Source: Tubulanus polymorphus (lineage: Eukaryota; Animalia; Nemertea). From it: a stretch of 64,000 bases of DNA. The stretch spans positions 19,165,653 through 19,229,652 of the forward strand of contig NC_134028.1 of the NCBI RefSeq assembly GCF_964204645.1. Reading direction: 5' to 3'. The notes beneath the pieces are model-generated. The model was not told where the DNA came from. It searched no databases and saw nothing but the letters and a program-made list of their open reading frames with translations. Shown piece by piece: positions 49,828-64,000 of this stretch. How positions within the stretch are numbered: position 1 is the stretch's first letter; each line of letters begins with the position of its first letter. The translations under genes and the position numbers were made by a program.

Positions 49828-51326
49828 TTTATTGGGGTTAATTTCTGAGCTATAATTACTGCCAGATCAATTATGTATTTGATGAATTTTGCCATGAGAA
49901 ATGAATAGTTCGGTGATTCTTCGCGAGTAGCTGCTTTCCTAAGCAAACTCTGGATAGATGATTTATCTATCATTTTCTTCAAAAAGAATTGATAAATGAA
50001 CTGGTCAGGACCTAAACCATCTATGTTCAGCAGTGACTAAGACATGCCAAGATGGCCACTATGACGTCACCGAAAAATCACCTCCATCACGTCAAGAATT
50101 GGTTGAAAAAATCAAAGTCACTTAAAAACGTGAAAGAGAAACCAATTTTGAATTGGTCAATGCAGTTCGAGGTAATTTCTAGGCTTTTTTGAATTTTGAT
50201 GTTGCATTTAACCACACATAGTTCGGGTAAAAGAATTGGATACAAAAACATTAGATATGAATGTTTCTTTATGAGGATATATACAAATAATAAGTTACGA
50301 TAGATATTTCTGTTCGGTAAAAACAGTATTTACCGTATTTGCATTTTAAAGAGATGTACTATTTGCTAAAACTACTTATTATTTATTATAAAGTATTAAA
50401 TTGTTAGTTTTAGCTTATGATGGAGATGAATTTTTGTGACGGAGATGAATGAGCACCAAAAAAACTGTGATGGAGATGATTTGTTTTAGATACCGTGAGG
50501 ATAGAAAATGATTACGGCATTCTAAGAATATTTTACTAGTAGGGGACTACCCCGTACTTAAGATGAATTGTGTAGACAGAGCCTATCACAAGATTAGATT
50601 TATGAATATTTCAAACATATATATTAATAGTTCATCTTTGCGACGAAACCTGAATGCAAAAATCGGGGATATGACAATGTCTGGTGCTGGTATAGTAATT
50701 CAGAGTAAATTTCTACAGATTAGAATTCATCGTTACATGTCGGAAATTTCTCAAAATTCTATTCAAACAATTAGCCTATTGCTGAAATAATTATGGTCAC
50801 AATTTGTGAAAGAAATTGGCTGTTTTTCAGAATTTTTGATTAATCTCTGTCCAGGACATGAAAAGCTGCTACTCGTGTTGAATGACCTATAGTTATCCAG
50901 AAACTTGTGAAAATGGCCATTGTATGTATTTGATAGAGCAAATAAATTTTTATTTATTACTTTTTATTACATTCGAAAAGTTGAGTTTCGTTGAATAATT
51001 GGATTTGCTTAAAAACTGACAAGGTCATGTGGGTCCAGTTCAGGAAAAAGATTAACTCCTTAAATCAATTTACGATAAATGGATGAGTAAATTAATTTGA
51101 GTTGATTTTTGTGAGACTGTGTCTGTAGTAAAATTTCAAGACATTTTAGGACTATCTGTTTTGTTCTCACCAACCTCGTGTGGTGGCTTCCAGTTTCACA
51201 AGAATGTAGGCTACAAGTTAACGCCTAATCGAATTATTGAAAAAATAATGAATCGTTTGAGGAATTAAGAAAAAAATTAATGCATTGTTGCATTGTGTGC
51301 TGGTGGCCAGGTAGCGTTATTTACAC

Positions 51327-51340
51327 GTAACCATGACAAC
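51327..51340. promoter_or_regulatory. RFX X-box-like motif upstream of VWA3A (GTAACCATGACAAC)
   Basis: Reverse complement GTTGTCATGGTTAC fits the X-box consensus, ~345 bp before the ATG; a second half-site ATGGCAAC lies at ~51609-51616. Confidence 0.5.
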
Positions 51341-51682
51341 GGACTAGGCGTGTCATCTAGCGTTCAAACGCTGCACTACATCTGTAATATTTTTCCTAGG
51401 TGGGTTTGAGCCATCAAACGATTAAAGATAGGTTTTCAAAAGAAGTTGCTTCACGAACGTGTGTTCCATTACAAATGAAATCGTTGGTCTCAAGTATCAT
51501 TGAATAAAAAAGAATGTTCTAGACGATAGATTTGAATTTGAATTCGATAGTTTTGTCAATATATTGAATTGCATTGATGTTAAGAAAGATGGCGACAGAT
51601 TGTTGTTGATGGCAACAAACATTGGAACGAAATAAGAAACTAATAGGCATTATTAAAGTATTAAAGGCAGAATTTGACAGAA

Positions 51683-54600
51683 ATGGCCGATCGTAAATTT
51701 CGCGAGGATGAAAGGTATTTATTCATGTTTTGTCAGTTAAAAATGCAGGCAAAAGTGCAAAATGGTTCAATCAAAATTACATTAGATAAGGTCAGGAGCC
51801 TAACTAAATTTTAAATCTAAATGATCAGTGATCACTGATTTTCAGACCCAAGGCAAAATGTCATCAGCAATTCATTATTCAGTACACTGGTTTATTTTAT
51901 GGTATCTACACTAATTAGAAAGTACATTTTAGCCTGGATTTTGTCTCGAGATCGTCACAATTTTTGAACAAGTATTGGATGGATAAATCTAAAGTGAAGA
52001 TTTGTTTAGAATATTTGCTGAAAAAATGTGAACTACTCAATTAAAGGAAGAAAAATTAAAATTTCTTGTCAATTGCAACAAACATATCAGACAATTTGGC
52101 TAGATTAACACGTTCGCTGCCGTTCGAAGCTAGAACAGTGATGTGTAATTGAGTATATTGCGTCAATCACGAGAGGTGCGGATCTGCACTTTTTTTACCT
52201 TACGTATAGTATGATTCCATGTGTAAAAACCGATTAAAAAGTTATATTTTTATGTCACCTCGGTGGTAGGCCTACGTCTTGGTAATTACTTAGTAGGCTA
52301 AATTAGGCCTACGTCCATCCTGGTACTGCTTGTTGGATGACCAGTTTAATTCACTCACAAGGACTGGACACAAAAGGGGCGCTATTGTACTTTCGTACCC
52401 CCTCCCAAAAATGTTTATTTTAGCATATTATTTATCAGTGAGCATCTTCACCCATCAAGGGATTCGAACCCACTACGCTAAAGCTGTTCGCCGAACCCCT
52501 TGACCTCACGAGTCGTTGGAGTCGTTACTAGCCGACCAGAATCCGGTCGTACCAATCACAGCGCTTGTAACAAACGAATTTAGGCTTCTATTGGTTTTCC
52601 CGTTGAATAGACCAATCAGTGAACGTTTTACTGAACAAGGAAGTATTTCGCACATCGATATATGACGTCATACGTAACAGCGCCAGTAATGAAATCACGC
52701 TTCGTGAGACCAGGGGGCTGGTGGAAGCGAGTTTGGTAGTGATACCTGACCCCTGGCAAGCGAGGATGATCAGTGAGGTCTTGGGAATAAAAATTAGTAA
52801 CTTTTAGCCAAAAAAACTTACTTTTTTTGGGTCAAAATTTTAATATTTTGGGCCTGAATTAGCCGTTTTTTCGACCGAATGAGACGCCATAGGCCTATTG
52901 GTTCCTCCGACTCCACAGTTGTGCTAACTACCGCCGAAAACCGTCTTATGGAGCACTCCCACATATGGAGCGCTCCGGCTACGGTCACAGAACGGACACG
53001 TGCGACGCGCGCCGATTGACACATGTCAACCGCTGCAGCCCGCCCACGCATCGCTTGCTAATTGGGATCGGTTAAATTAGAGTTTTATAATATTTTCAGA
53101 CTGTGACTGGATTCTTAAAAATCGAACATATGTAATATACATTGGAAATATATAAATAAAGGTATATATTTGTATCATCTACTCGTTTACTCTTTTTGTG
53201 CAGCAATTAGAGCATTTTATTTTTTAATTTGAATGTATTTTCTTCTGCATACATGACAAAAATCGGAAGGGTTATTGTTTCCCATGTCAATCAAGCCAGG
53301 ATCAAAGACTTTACATGAGGCAATCCCGGTGCTGGTGGCCGTGAGACTTTTGAATATGTACCTTTATTTATATATTTCCAATGTATATTACATATGTTCT
53401 ATTTTTAAGAATCTCTGAAACGAGGGGGTTTGGGGGTCCTCAGGAAAATTTTGAAAATTGACTGCTTTTTGGTTCAATTTCCAAGCAATAAGAAGTCCTG
53501 ATGCAAAGTGCTTTCTAGGAAATTTACTGCATAGACATGTAGTTTCCTGGCAATACAGATAAAATCATGAAGAATGGTATGCCTTTTGGTGAAATTACCT
53601 GCCTTTGTGCGCCCTTTCTACTTTTGGGATTGAAATACCCTTTCTTGTTTTTTGAGAATTGATTGACGAACGAATGTGCCTTTTTCTTTGAAATTTTCTT
53701 TAAATCTTGCCCCTTCTCTACTTGTGTGATTAATAGAGACGACTACATGTGCCCTGTTTACTTTGGGATGAAACTTTTTAGAAAAATTTTGCGAAAATTT
53801 TCATACGTTGAAAATTTGAAGGGCACAAAAGGGGGTTCGTCCGAACCCTTCGAACTCCCCCTCCCCACTATGTACAGGCCTGGTCATGGCTCGTAGGCAT
53901 GGAAACACAGGAAACATATTGTTAAAATTTCAACCGAAACGCTGATCATTTCCACATGAAAATATGATAAAGGTAACTTTTTGGGAATCTTTCAATACAG
54001 TGTCTGATGGATGTAAAAACGATGGTTTATTGAGACTGCACAGTTTCACTGGTCATATTAAGACCAATTAGAGGTTTAGATAGTTTGCTCAGCACATGTT
54101 CGTAATGCTGAAAAAATCACTCATAGACATTGCTATGACCTCATCGATCTATTCATTAGCATAACGATGTAGATGATGCCACATTATGGTCCGCTGAAGC
54201 TGTTAAGGCCTATGAGCATTAGATAAGCGTATTCTGAGTAAACTATAGCTGAGAGATGAAAACAACAAAAAAATTGCCCTGTTCAGAATTTAAAAATGGC
54301 CAACTGGCGGCCATTGTTGTTCACCAAAATTAGCTTTCGAGGGAAATTTCAATCAAGACTTTTCAATCAATTATCTTGATATTTCAGATATATTTGTATC
54401 CCCCCAAGGTTCCATCAGCATGATAAAAATTGGGTCAATCAGACTCAAGATGGCCAATTTTGGCCTGAATTCTGAGACCTGTTTCTTCCTAATGGTTTGC
54501 CATTTCGCATTGTAACTTGTGATGGGCATTCTATGAAAAGAGGTCCTTAATACATCAGACAGGTATTTTCGATCAGCCAATTAACACGCAATTGGTGGCC

Positions 54601-57600
54601 AGCTTAGTGTGATCAGTGCTCATTCGTATGAAGAAAAAGGTTTTTTGAGGAAAATATCAAGTTTTAACTTAGGTCTTGAATTATAGTCTTGATATTTGCA
54701 TCTGATCAGCACTGGCATAGGATACATCTTTTCACGAGGAATTTGGATGACCCGATTCATTGTTCTTGCCAACAGGGGAGTTAAATATTTTGAATAATAT
54801 ACCTGTTTATACTGGCACATGCATATCTTGTAACCATAATCAATTGCTAAGTGGTCGCTCATGAGATGTTCTATGATTGTGGTGAGTTTCAAGGTCATTT
54901 GTTTTTGGATGGTCTCCAGGGGGCGTTGAATAGTACAATTGCTTAGTATTTCTATATTATATTGGTACCTAGGCATATTTTGCTTCAACAATCAATTGCA
55001 AAATTGTAGCTCATTACATGTTCTATGATTGCGGTGAGTTTCAAGGTCATTGGTTTTTTTTTTCATATGGTCACTAAATATATTAAATCATAACCTTGAA
55101 ATTTACCTGCGCTGACGTTTTGTGACCTATCAGGAGTCTTTTTCAAAGCTGAATGACATTGTTACTATTGACCACTATGATTATCATGTAGGTATGAGGA
55201 TGTAAATGAAGAAGGGGAAGAAGATGAAACTGAAGAAGAGACTGACATGAATTTTAAAAACAGGTATTTATCAATTGTACCAAGAAATAGGCCTAATTCA
55301 GATTTACTTTATCAATCATGTTAATCTTTTAGCCCAACTGGCACTGGTTCAATTCTGAACATTGTTAGCTGCGATGATGTAGTGACACGATTTTCGAGTC
55401 ATGTTACTTGCTTATGTGACTTGTACTATGTCACCTAAGCTACTATCTAATGGCTACTAGTAATATGTCCCCCTAAAATGAATAAAAAAGTAAGCCCGAC
55501 TATAGTGCCTACGTAAAATTAACAGTAGAAAAGTGTTATAAGTAGAAAAAGAAATCTGTGTAAATTGGTCTATCTTGCATTCTGAGTAAACTATCGCTGA
55601 TAGATTCTATTTTTGCATTCTTTGGTCCAAGTCAATAGATATGCGGATGACTACATCACTTGGTGTGAGGGGTAACCTTGTTATTTGTATCAGTTGATCT
55701 TTATAAACAATCATTGTGACTTGAATTTAGTTGAATTACATGCTCTATTTGGTACAGCTTGAGTTTCGTTAATTTTTATGAAGTTTTGATCTTCAAATTC
55801 ATTACATTTAATCTTGATCCATAAATTCAATTCGATTCATTCACCCCAAAAATATCAAATTCAATTTAATATTATTCATCCAACAACCCAATTCATTCAT
55901 TTTTATTAAGCATGAATCATAGGAAAAATCCACCAAATCTTCCTGTCAAATGAACTGCCAACGTTAGATGAAAAACGCAAAAACCACACAGCTGTTTGTC
56001 ACACCATTGTTATAGCGGTTTACACATCCATTGAAATGTTGCCTATTTCAGCATCTATTCAGATCAATTAATAACTTGATTACAGCAAACGGAAATCCTT
56101 TTTGCCTTAGCTGCAGGTCAGTTATGAAAAAATTATAGGTTTACTCTATTACCATATTCTGTCGGGCAAGCACTTATAATTCCAACATTTTTCTGTAAAA
56201 CCAGGGGGCGTTTATGCAAGAGTTTTGGGACATACCCCCACTCCCAATTTTCATTGGGGTAACATGACAATTCAGTTCTTACATGTGTTTTGCTATACTT
56301 GGATAGGTGGCGCCAAGCTAATTTATTTTTTACTGCAGAGTGTAACTTTGATCTCCCAACTTTAGAATGAGAATTATTTCTCATTTGAATCACATTTTTT
56401 AAGACTGAGAGTCGAAAACGATCTTTGTTAGAGCTTTCTCCTAAGTGAAATGAGAAATCCTATAAACAGATTTTGCAAAACGCTTCAAAATTGTTAAATT
56501 TAGATTGTTGACTGATTGAAAAGTCATTACTGAAATATGAAATAATGAATAGGCATCACCCGGGTGCTTGTTGCACCATAATATACATATCAAGCTGGCC
56601 ATTCAATCCGGCATCGGGATTCTAGCACTCACCAGTTGGTGAAACAGTATTTCACAGTATTTAAGTATCAACTCTTGGTATTTCTTTTGATAGTAGAAGC
56701 AAACAGATGATGAATCTACAAATTCAACTTCCGGATTGGAAGATCACACAGTACAAAGATGCTCAACCTCCTCTAGAATTGACTGTTACGCACATCAACC
56801 AGACTCATGATCTACAGCGAGTTAAAGATATGTACGCTTCAGCAAGTGAGGGTCAGAGCTCGGAGGAATGGCTACGAAATCATAATATCGAACATTTACA
56901 GCTCACCCTCAAAGATCTAGTTGATAAGGGCAAAGTAGGAAAGTGAGTAACCGATTCATTCTATATGCAATACAAAAGTAGCAGGACATTCTCGCATCAG
57001 AGTTGTTGAAACCATGGATGGGCCCTGATTAAGACAACAACTTAATTTCTCTGCCACATGATTCTTGTGCCACTGAATATCTTGTAGGCCCTAATGGTGT
57101 AAGTTTTTTTTAGCCAACTTAGGGGGAAACCTGGAGGGCTATTGCTTTCATTTTTTGTCCACGTGTTCCATTCATTATCGAATCCACTTATTTTGGGAAG
57201 TTCCATGGAATCAAGATAACTGACTGGCAACCAGTTCCTATGGGCACATTCGTCAATTTTTAAATTTTGCAGACGTTTTGATCTATTGTTTTGATGTTTC
57301 AATGTATGCACTTGGGGCACATCATACATTAAAAGAAATATAAGATTGCTCGAAAACAACAATCTTATCCTATGGCCTTATATAACAATATACACGTAAA
57401 AACAAGGTATTGTTGTGATATTTTGAATTTATTTGCATTTCATATTTAGTGCCATTCTCGCAAAATCATCTGCAACCCGGAAGTTAAATCCAAGCCCATC
57501 GCCAACCCCTGTGATGGAAACATATATTACTAATTGATTTAGTTCATTACATGGATTCTCTTTTCCCTGATTGAAATGAGTTAAAGAAGACTCTTAGCAA

Positions 57601-60600
57601 GGTCACACGCAGCCATTTTGCAAAATTTCATTTCCTGGCTCTAACTCATAAATGGTTTAAGATAACTTACTCAAATTCTATGGATGGGTTATCCTAGAGA
57701 TCATAAATAACTGATTAAATTTCGGGTCCTGTTGGTCAAAGGTCAAGGTTACTAGAAGCTGTTATGTATTTTTCATTTCTGAGCACTATCTCATAGACGG
57801 TTTAAGATAATTTGGTGACATTTTTTGGATGGCTTATCCTAGATACCGTGAGTAACTGGTTTTATTTCGGGTCCTGTAGGTCAAAGGTCAAGGTCACCAG
57901 GAGCTGTTTTATATTTTTAATTTCCGAGCTCTTAACTGGTCGCGGTCGCTGATCGGTGAGTTCATGCATATGGAATCTCATGGTGGAAGTCGCCGATCGG
58001 CGATACCTGGGTTTTCAAGCGGCTGATATCCGTTTGCTTCAGTTATACAGGGAATCCCATTGCGTCATAGACTTCCGGGTTTTCTGGAGCGATAAAAATA
58101 TCGATAGGTTCTTATTCAGAATTTCGTGGAAAAAAGGGATTTTTTTACGACGCAAATGATGAAAATAAAAACCAACGGGCCTGTCAATATAAGTAGTATA
58201 ACGATTTTACTTGTTTAAAATTAGATGCCGAATAGCGTGATATCGGGACAACACTCATAGTCTAGTATCTAGCTGTTGTTCCCGAACCCGTAACATCATT
58301 TGGTATTCAGACTAGTCCACTCCATGTGCATCATTTCGACAATGTCTATATTTCTGTTAGCAAAGGGGGCAAACGAACAATTATAACTTGAACTATTTTT
58401 TCTTAAAAAAATCATTGTTTTCTGAAGTTGTAATCTAAAAATCAAAATTAGTTTGTAGATATAAGGTAATTTATATTTTGTTCATGCTGATGATAACGAT
58501 TCTTTACTCGGATTTGGAAAATATTTTTTCACTTACGTTTAGATCTTTAATTCATAGCACTTTATTAGTATATTGAATGATAACTTCCCTTTCTAATGGC
58601 GTTTCTTTAATATTTACTAAAGCTTATGCTCTAGAACGCTTTGTAGCCACTGAAGAAAAAGCAACGGTAGTTAGGAATAATCCAAGGTCTGGCAGCTTAA
58701 CTAAGCAGAGTCTTGCTTATTGTTTCCATTCTGGCCATTTAGAAATATAGTTGAATAGTTGACGTACCCTCGAAAATTGGGGAAAAACAGAAAGTTAGGA
58801 ATGATCCAACATCTGGCATTCAAGCTAGTCTAGTACCTAGCCGTTGTTCCCCAAACAACGTCAAGGGCCAAAGTGCACATATAAGGTTAATTTTAGACCC
58901 TCATTTTGAAGGACGAGGCTTTGAGCGTCTATTTCACCACTTAAAACACCATTAACTTACCTCAAACTGACTCTTCTGTAATCAGATGGAAGTTAACTAT
59001 TGTTAGGGCATAAATTTGTAATCTTAAGTAGCTTTTTATGATTGCAGTTACTCAAAACTTTTGACTAGTGGCCTCAAAAAATAGTTGAAGTGAAGCAACA
59101 TTACAAATATGGATTCGGACTCGGCGTCAGATGTTGTAGGGAACCCTTAACAATGACTGGTATTCAGACTAGCATTCAAACTAGACCTACACACCTACTA
59201 GAATGGTACAGTGGAACGTTGTTACATCGAACTTCATGGGACCAGAAAATATGTTCGTTATAACCAATAGTTTGTTATATCTAGTATGAAATTAGTTAAA
59301 CTTTTTTACTTGGGACAAAATTCTATATTTGTTATATCTGAAGAATCGTTGTATCCGAGTTCGTTATAATGAGGTTCCACTGTATTGACAAACAGTAAGA
59401 ACTTCTGAAAACTATATCCTGTACTTTTTTTTATTTGAAACTTTTTCAGTGGAAACTGTTTTTAAATAAAAATAAAAAAGGACTGATGGTCTCATAGATA
59501 ACTATCATTAATTTTGAACAGTTGAACTGATTTGCTGTAGGTTGTGAACAGATTGAGAATTCATCGAATGTCTTATCGAACTTGTTGCTAACCCGACCAC
59601 AAGATGCTTCCCAGTTCAATTTTCAATAATCTAGAAATATATTGTACCTGATCTGAATGTCATCTAGTAAGTTCAAGTTTAGAATGTACATCTATGAAAA
59701 AAAATCTGTATCTGAACCACTGAATGAATTAGACAGAGAAGGTTAACCCTTCCAGTGCTGACTTATTAATACCCTATAGTGCTGGAGATAATTTTGAATA
59801 ATTACACCCTAGTATGTTGAACAATGGGAATACCACTATGGTGTGTCTACACCGCAGCGCGGTGTATCGTTAGTTACTGATATTTCACTATGTTTGACAT
59901 GTACTGCCATCTTTCAAGAGAGATGATTGCTAATTACATCAATACACCGCAGTGCGGTGTACTAGCAAAATCTATCACTGATTTATACACCTCACTGCTG
60001 TGTAGACGCACTGAAAGGGTTAAAGGGAATAACGTTAGCTGAAAAGGATCAATACAGATTAACCAATAAGGTCTATAGGAGATTGACTCTTTAAGTAATA
60101 TAAGCCTATATGTTATATGGTCACCAGGGGGCATTGAATAAAGAATAAAATAGTACAGTAGACTACACCCAAGTTGGATCTTTTGAGACCATAAAAGTTT
60201 GTCCGAATTGTATGATATCCGAGTTGGATGTTATGTATTTCATAATTAGTGTCACAAAAAATATCTAGAAAAATATCTGAGTTGATCGGTTATAAGAGTT
60301 GATCAGATCTGAGTTGGGCAGAGTCTACTCTATTTCCATTGTGTCAGTACAGCACATATAGATATTTTGTTACCACAATCAATTGCAAAATTGTAGCTCA
60401 TTACATAATGTTCTATGATTGTGTCGACTTTCAAGGTGATTGATTTCTGTATTTGGTCACCAGGGTCATTGAATATAGAAATTTCCAGATTGACAAGCAT
60501 TTCACCCACCCAAGAGAGCCCAAATCCATTGTCTCTGGCAACCTTATTCTATTTTTAATGCTTATTTGAATTTTCTATGTCAGACCGAAACCGAACAAAG

Positions 60601-63600
60601 AGACTGGAAAGATGAGTCAACATATTCAGTTTGAATCCATGGACATCAATGAATTTGAATACAAGCTCAACTTGTAAGTTTTCAAAATCAACTGAAAATT
60701 CAATGGAAATTTCAAACCCAATGTGGATATTCCTTAAGAAACCATTCATTGATTATGAATACAAAAGTTTAAGAATTTTTTCATAAACCAAATGGATTTC
60801 TTCCGTCTGTACTGATATGGATTAAGCCAGTTTCATTGTCATTGATTGACTTATTGCATCATATTTGATTGGTGATAAAAATATGTTTATAGGGCGATAG
60901 AAATGTATACGAAGAGAATAAAATGGTTGTTAATGGGCAGTAAACGTATGTTTGGATTAGTGAAAGGAACTAAAGTGGCAGTTTGTGTCGATACGAGTGA
61001 TGCAAATACAGGTTTTGGAAGGATTACCGCATTTCAAGAAGCACTTCTAGTTAGTATGATTGAATATCTTTTTCTTTTTTGATTTAACTTTAACTTTAAC
61101 TTAAGGGTCATTGATGTATCATTTAGTGCATACTGGATGAGGAGGTTGATATAGGCCTAATGCGTAAGAATATTTACAGGTTTTTTGAGCAGAACAGACT
61201 TGATATAGTAGTGAAGTATTTCTTCTCTGGTTCATTTTTCGGGCTTAACCACACGAGAGTGGTCTTTTTGTGTTCTTAAGTTGTGGCAATGATTTGAAAA
61301 CATATCTGCTTAATGAGGTAATCTAAGTTTTATCATATCTGAGGAAAAATGTATTTTGTTGAAAGATATGTTGTAATTGGCAGTAACCTAGATTAAACTA
61401 TTGTGTTAACAATGTTATAACCTGCGGCTGTATGTACATGAAATACTGAATTGAAACTTGTTTCTGATTCACTAATAAGAAACAACATATGCCCTATAGA
61501 ATTCGATAAGACCAAATTATGAAAACTGTATTATCTCACATGTAGCGATATAGGCCTACATCATTAGTAGGGTATGTACGTGTGAACAAAGGTGATATAT
61601 CGTATAGATATATCTTCAATCAGCAATCTGTAAGTGCTGCCACCTTTTTAGAAATTTTTTTAAACTTCCAAGGCATTCACATCATACCACTAGGATTTGT
61701 TATTTAGAATACATAATTAAATTATTACTTATCAATGAAGAGAAAATGATAAGACAGTGTTATCAGAACCATAGAAATAAACTAGATACAGAAAAAGGGG
61801 ATTCCAAGCGGACAAATCTGCTACTATTTATAGGTAACTTTATTTTTCCATGCTGCCATCGTCACATTCGCAGTAATCCAGATCATCTGCGTAAATGAAA
61901 TCATTCCAGTTCATGAGAAGTTTTTGACTTAATTCATCGATTATGTCATGCTTGAGCCAATGTTTATTCAATCAATATGCTTTGCTGAACATGTGATTAT
62001 AGTTCCATCGGTATAAATGAGTTCAATGTAGTTTTTGATGAAAACACGCTCAGCCCCAAATGTACCGCTCTCACAGGCAACTTTTTCTGGACTTTTTGTG
62101 CAGATCTGATGAATGAATTTGGATATTGTTCTTACAGATCAGGGAAATTAGGGAATTCCGAATTTTTTTCTTCCTCTAGGGAAAATCAGGGGGTTCTGAC
62201 TTTTTTCTTGAAAATAAGGGAAAAGTCAGTACTGAAAGTTTATTTCAAACATCTGGTGCAATAGTGGCTTATAACATCTGAGCCACTATTTACCAGCAGA
62301 AAAGAGAAGTTCAGTCGTACTAACAAGGCCTTCAGTCAGTCGAGCCTTTTTCTTTATAAGGTCTTGTTTAGATTTGGTAATGCTGCGGGTGTGATCTATT
62401 TGTTTATACCATGTGATCAGTTCTGACCAATCAGCCTAGAGTTAGGGTTAAGCGTGTGGGCAATTTGCATACCATGTGACCGGCCTAGGGACTACTTGTA
62501 TACATTTGGAGAGAATCACAAATTCTTTGATAAACCAGAAGAAATGGCCCCAGGATATCTGATGATTCAAAAAGGGAACTTTTAGTCAAGGGCCAGGGAA
62601 TTTAAGGCTCCCTGATCTGTAAGAACCCTATTTGAAATGTTGGTATATTTTGCCGAAATGGCAATTAAAACTTGGCCAATAAGCAAAGAAGCTTTAACAT
62701 TCCCACAATGCAGGGTTGGATTTTTCAAGTTAAACCATCCAATGATAGTGCAAGACTTTGGCCAGCTTTGTCTGACTTAACCGATCATTTTCATTTATCA
62801 AACTGCGAGTAAACATTTTTTCATTTTCAAATCGGAACTCCTCAGTTCATTCGCCGTGGGAAGAAACTTCCTGTTTAACCCTTTTGCTCGTGAGCCCAGG
62901 GCCTCATTTCATAAAATTGTTTAGAGCATTAACAGTTTGACATCTGTGTAACGATGAATTCATTCTACAAATGAGTGCCTGACAAAACTGAGTAAAACAT
63001 ATTCATGAAAGTAGTTCCTATTGGTGATAGATTTTGGCTCTTGCCCACAACAAACTTAGAAATCCTCTGTTTCGTGTTGTGCGAATTTTGAAACGTTTCT
63101 TATTTTTTTGTTTTGAATTAGCATTTAATCGATGAACAACTTTCCAACAAGAAGAGTTTGTACTTATGTGCATTTGGCTCAGAGGTAAATTCGTGTTGGA
63201 AAACTGTACGCGACGTCAATGGAAGGATGTAAGTCCTTAAGTATATTTTTAATGTAATAATTAATTCATAGATGGTGCTAGTTTGTTTTAGGTTTTCCAG
63301 TTTCGCAAGATCTTCCTTCCACTCATTTTGGTATTAAAAACATGTTATTGTAGAATTGATGAAGCTAAAGAATTTGTAGATGGTCTCACTCCAAGTGGAG
63401 GGTGTAATCTACTGAAAGCCATGAAACATGTGATGAAACTCAAAGATATAAATTCAATTGTGCTGATTCTTGGAAGTGTGTAAGTTTCCAAATGAAATTG
63501 CTAATTCTCCAATGTATATTGTGTAATTTTTGGAGGCCACCATCTTCGTGATGTTCCCAACGGTATATTTGTGTGCTGGAAAACTAGGCCTAATCGGTGT

Positions 63601-63748
63601 CCGAAACCCCTGTCACTCATTTTTCATTTGTTACCTTAGGCCAGATCAAAATGCAGACATCCTGTGTGATTTTGTCAGTCAGATGGGAGTTGGAAAAGAT
63701 ATGCCTCTACATACCGTAGCTTATGACTGCAGTAACCATCTCACAAAT
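51683..63748 (+). CDS. VWA3A: von Willebrand factor A domain-containing protein 3A homologue, 5' portion (continues past the window)
   Basis: Exons 51683-51714, 55192-55263, 56694-56942, 60584-60673, 60893-61049, 63122-63228, 63354-63479, 63640-63748, phase-consistent. Peptides LTVTHINQTHDL..SEEWL..LTLKDLV, IEMYTKRIKWL..SKRMFGLVKG.KV, LIDEQLSNK, LTPSGGCNLLKA, PDQNADILCDF match VWA3A rather than VWA3B as recalled. The first two exons are less certain. Confidence 0.82.
53110..53413. mobile_element. AT-rich inverted-repeat MITE
   Basis: ~60-bp arms GATTCTTAAAAATCGAACATATGTAATATACATTGGAAATATATAAATAAAGGTA and its reverse complement. Confidence 0.6.
58826..59171 (+). mobile_element. Internally deleted TAG...CTA family B element, 10-bp TSD; 57-bp mini-copy at 58258-58314
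   Basis: TAGTCTAGTACC...GGTATTCAGACTA; flanks GCATTCAAGC / GCATTCAAAC. Confidence 0.7.
59209..59382. mobile_element. Tc1/mariner-pogo-like MITE; a related-type element lies at 60156-60330
   Basis: TA|CAGTGGAAC ... GTTCCACTG|TA. Confidence 0.6.
62128..62628. mobile_element. MITE with GTTCTTACAGATCAGGGA termini and CAGGGAA subrepeats
   Basis: GTTCTTACAGATCAGGGA / TCCCTGATCTGTAAGAAC. Confidence 0.55.
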
Positions 63749-64000
63749 GTAAGTAGGCCTATTTATTGGAGTAAACTCCGCCTAAGTCGGATCAATTTGT
63801 ACCCGATAACTTCGTCCGACATAGCCGGAATCCTACTTGGAAGACCAATTTTTTGAATATTTTGGAACTCATTTATGGTTGCTAATATAAGGTTTATTCA
63901 CTGTAAAATCTATTATATAAAAATTGCATTATATACAAATAATCAAATGTGTACTGTCTGAATAAGTGACCTCAGTTTTTGGTTGTTTGTGGCTTGTATC

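Noticed and set aside
51683-63748. VWA3B assignment
   Set aside because: Recalled motifs (VTHxNQT, LIDEQLS, GGxNLL, PDQ) fit VWA3A better.

Overview
AT-rich animal genomic DNA with spliceosomal GT-AG introns; the repeat style suggests a marine lophotrochozoan-type invertebrate (inference). Four + strand genes were reconstructed by hand from splice sites and reading phase: CCP110 (8058-18227, 10 exons, ~856 aa), a RING/TRAF-zinc-finger E3 ligase of the RNF151/RNF41/PDZRN type with a long disordered tail (27539-35388, ~628 aa), DNAAF5/HEATR2 (39239-49827, 10 exons, ~849 aa) and the 5' part of VWA3A (51683 to window end). There is also a probable first coding exon of an unidentified - strand gene (1576-1677). 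Introns and intergenic DNA are packed with non-autonomous, often nested transposons. Most notable: (i) a 234-bp palindrome with a 13-bp target duplication in DNAAF5 intron 2 whose centre is a minimal type I hammerhead ribozyme; (ii) a foldback element carrying an internal array of 20 copies of its own 18-bp terminal motif; (iii) TAG...CTA elements with 9-10-bp TSDs and CAGGG elements with 6-bp TSDs; (iv) a cilium/centriole gene cluster with X-box-like motifs. Gene names come from remembered homologue sequences, not database searches. No prokaryotic systems or true CRISPR array were found.
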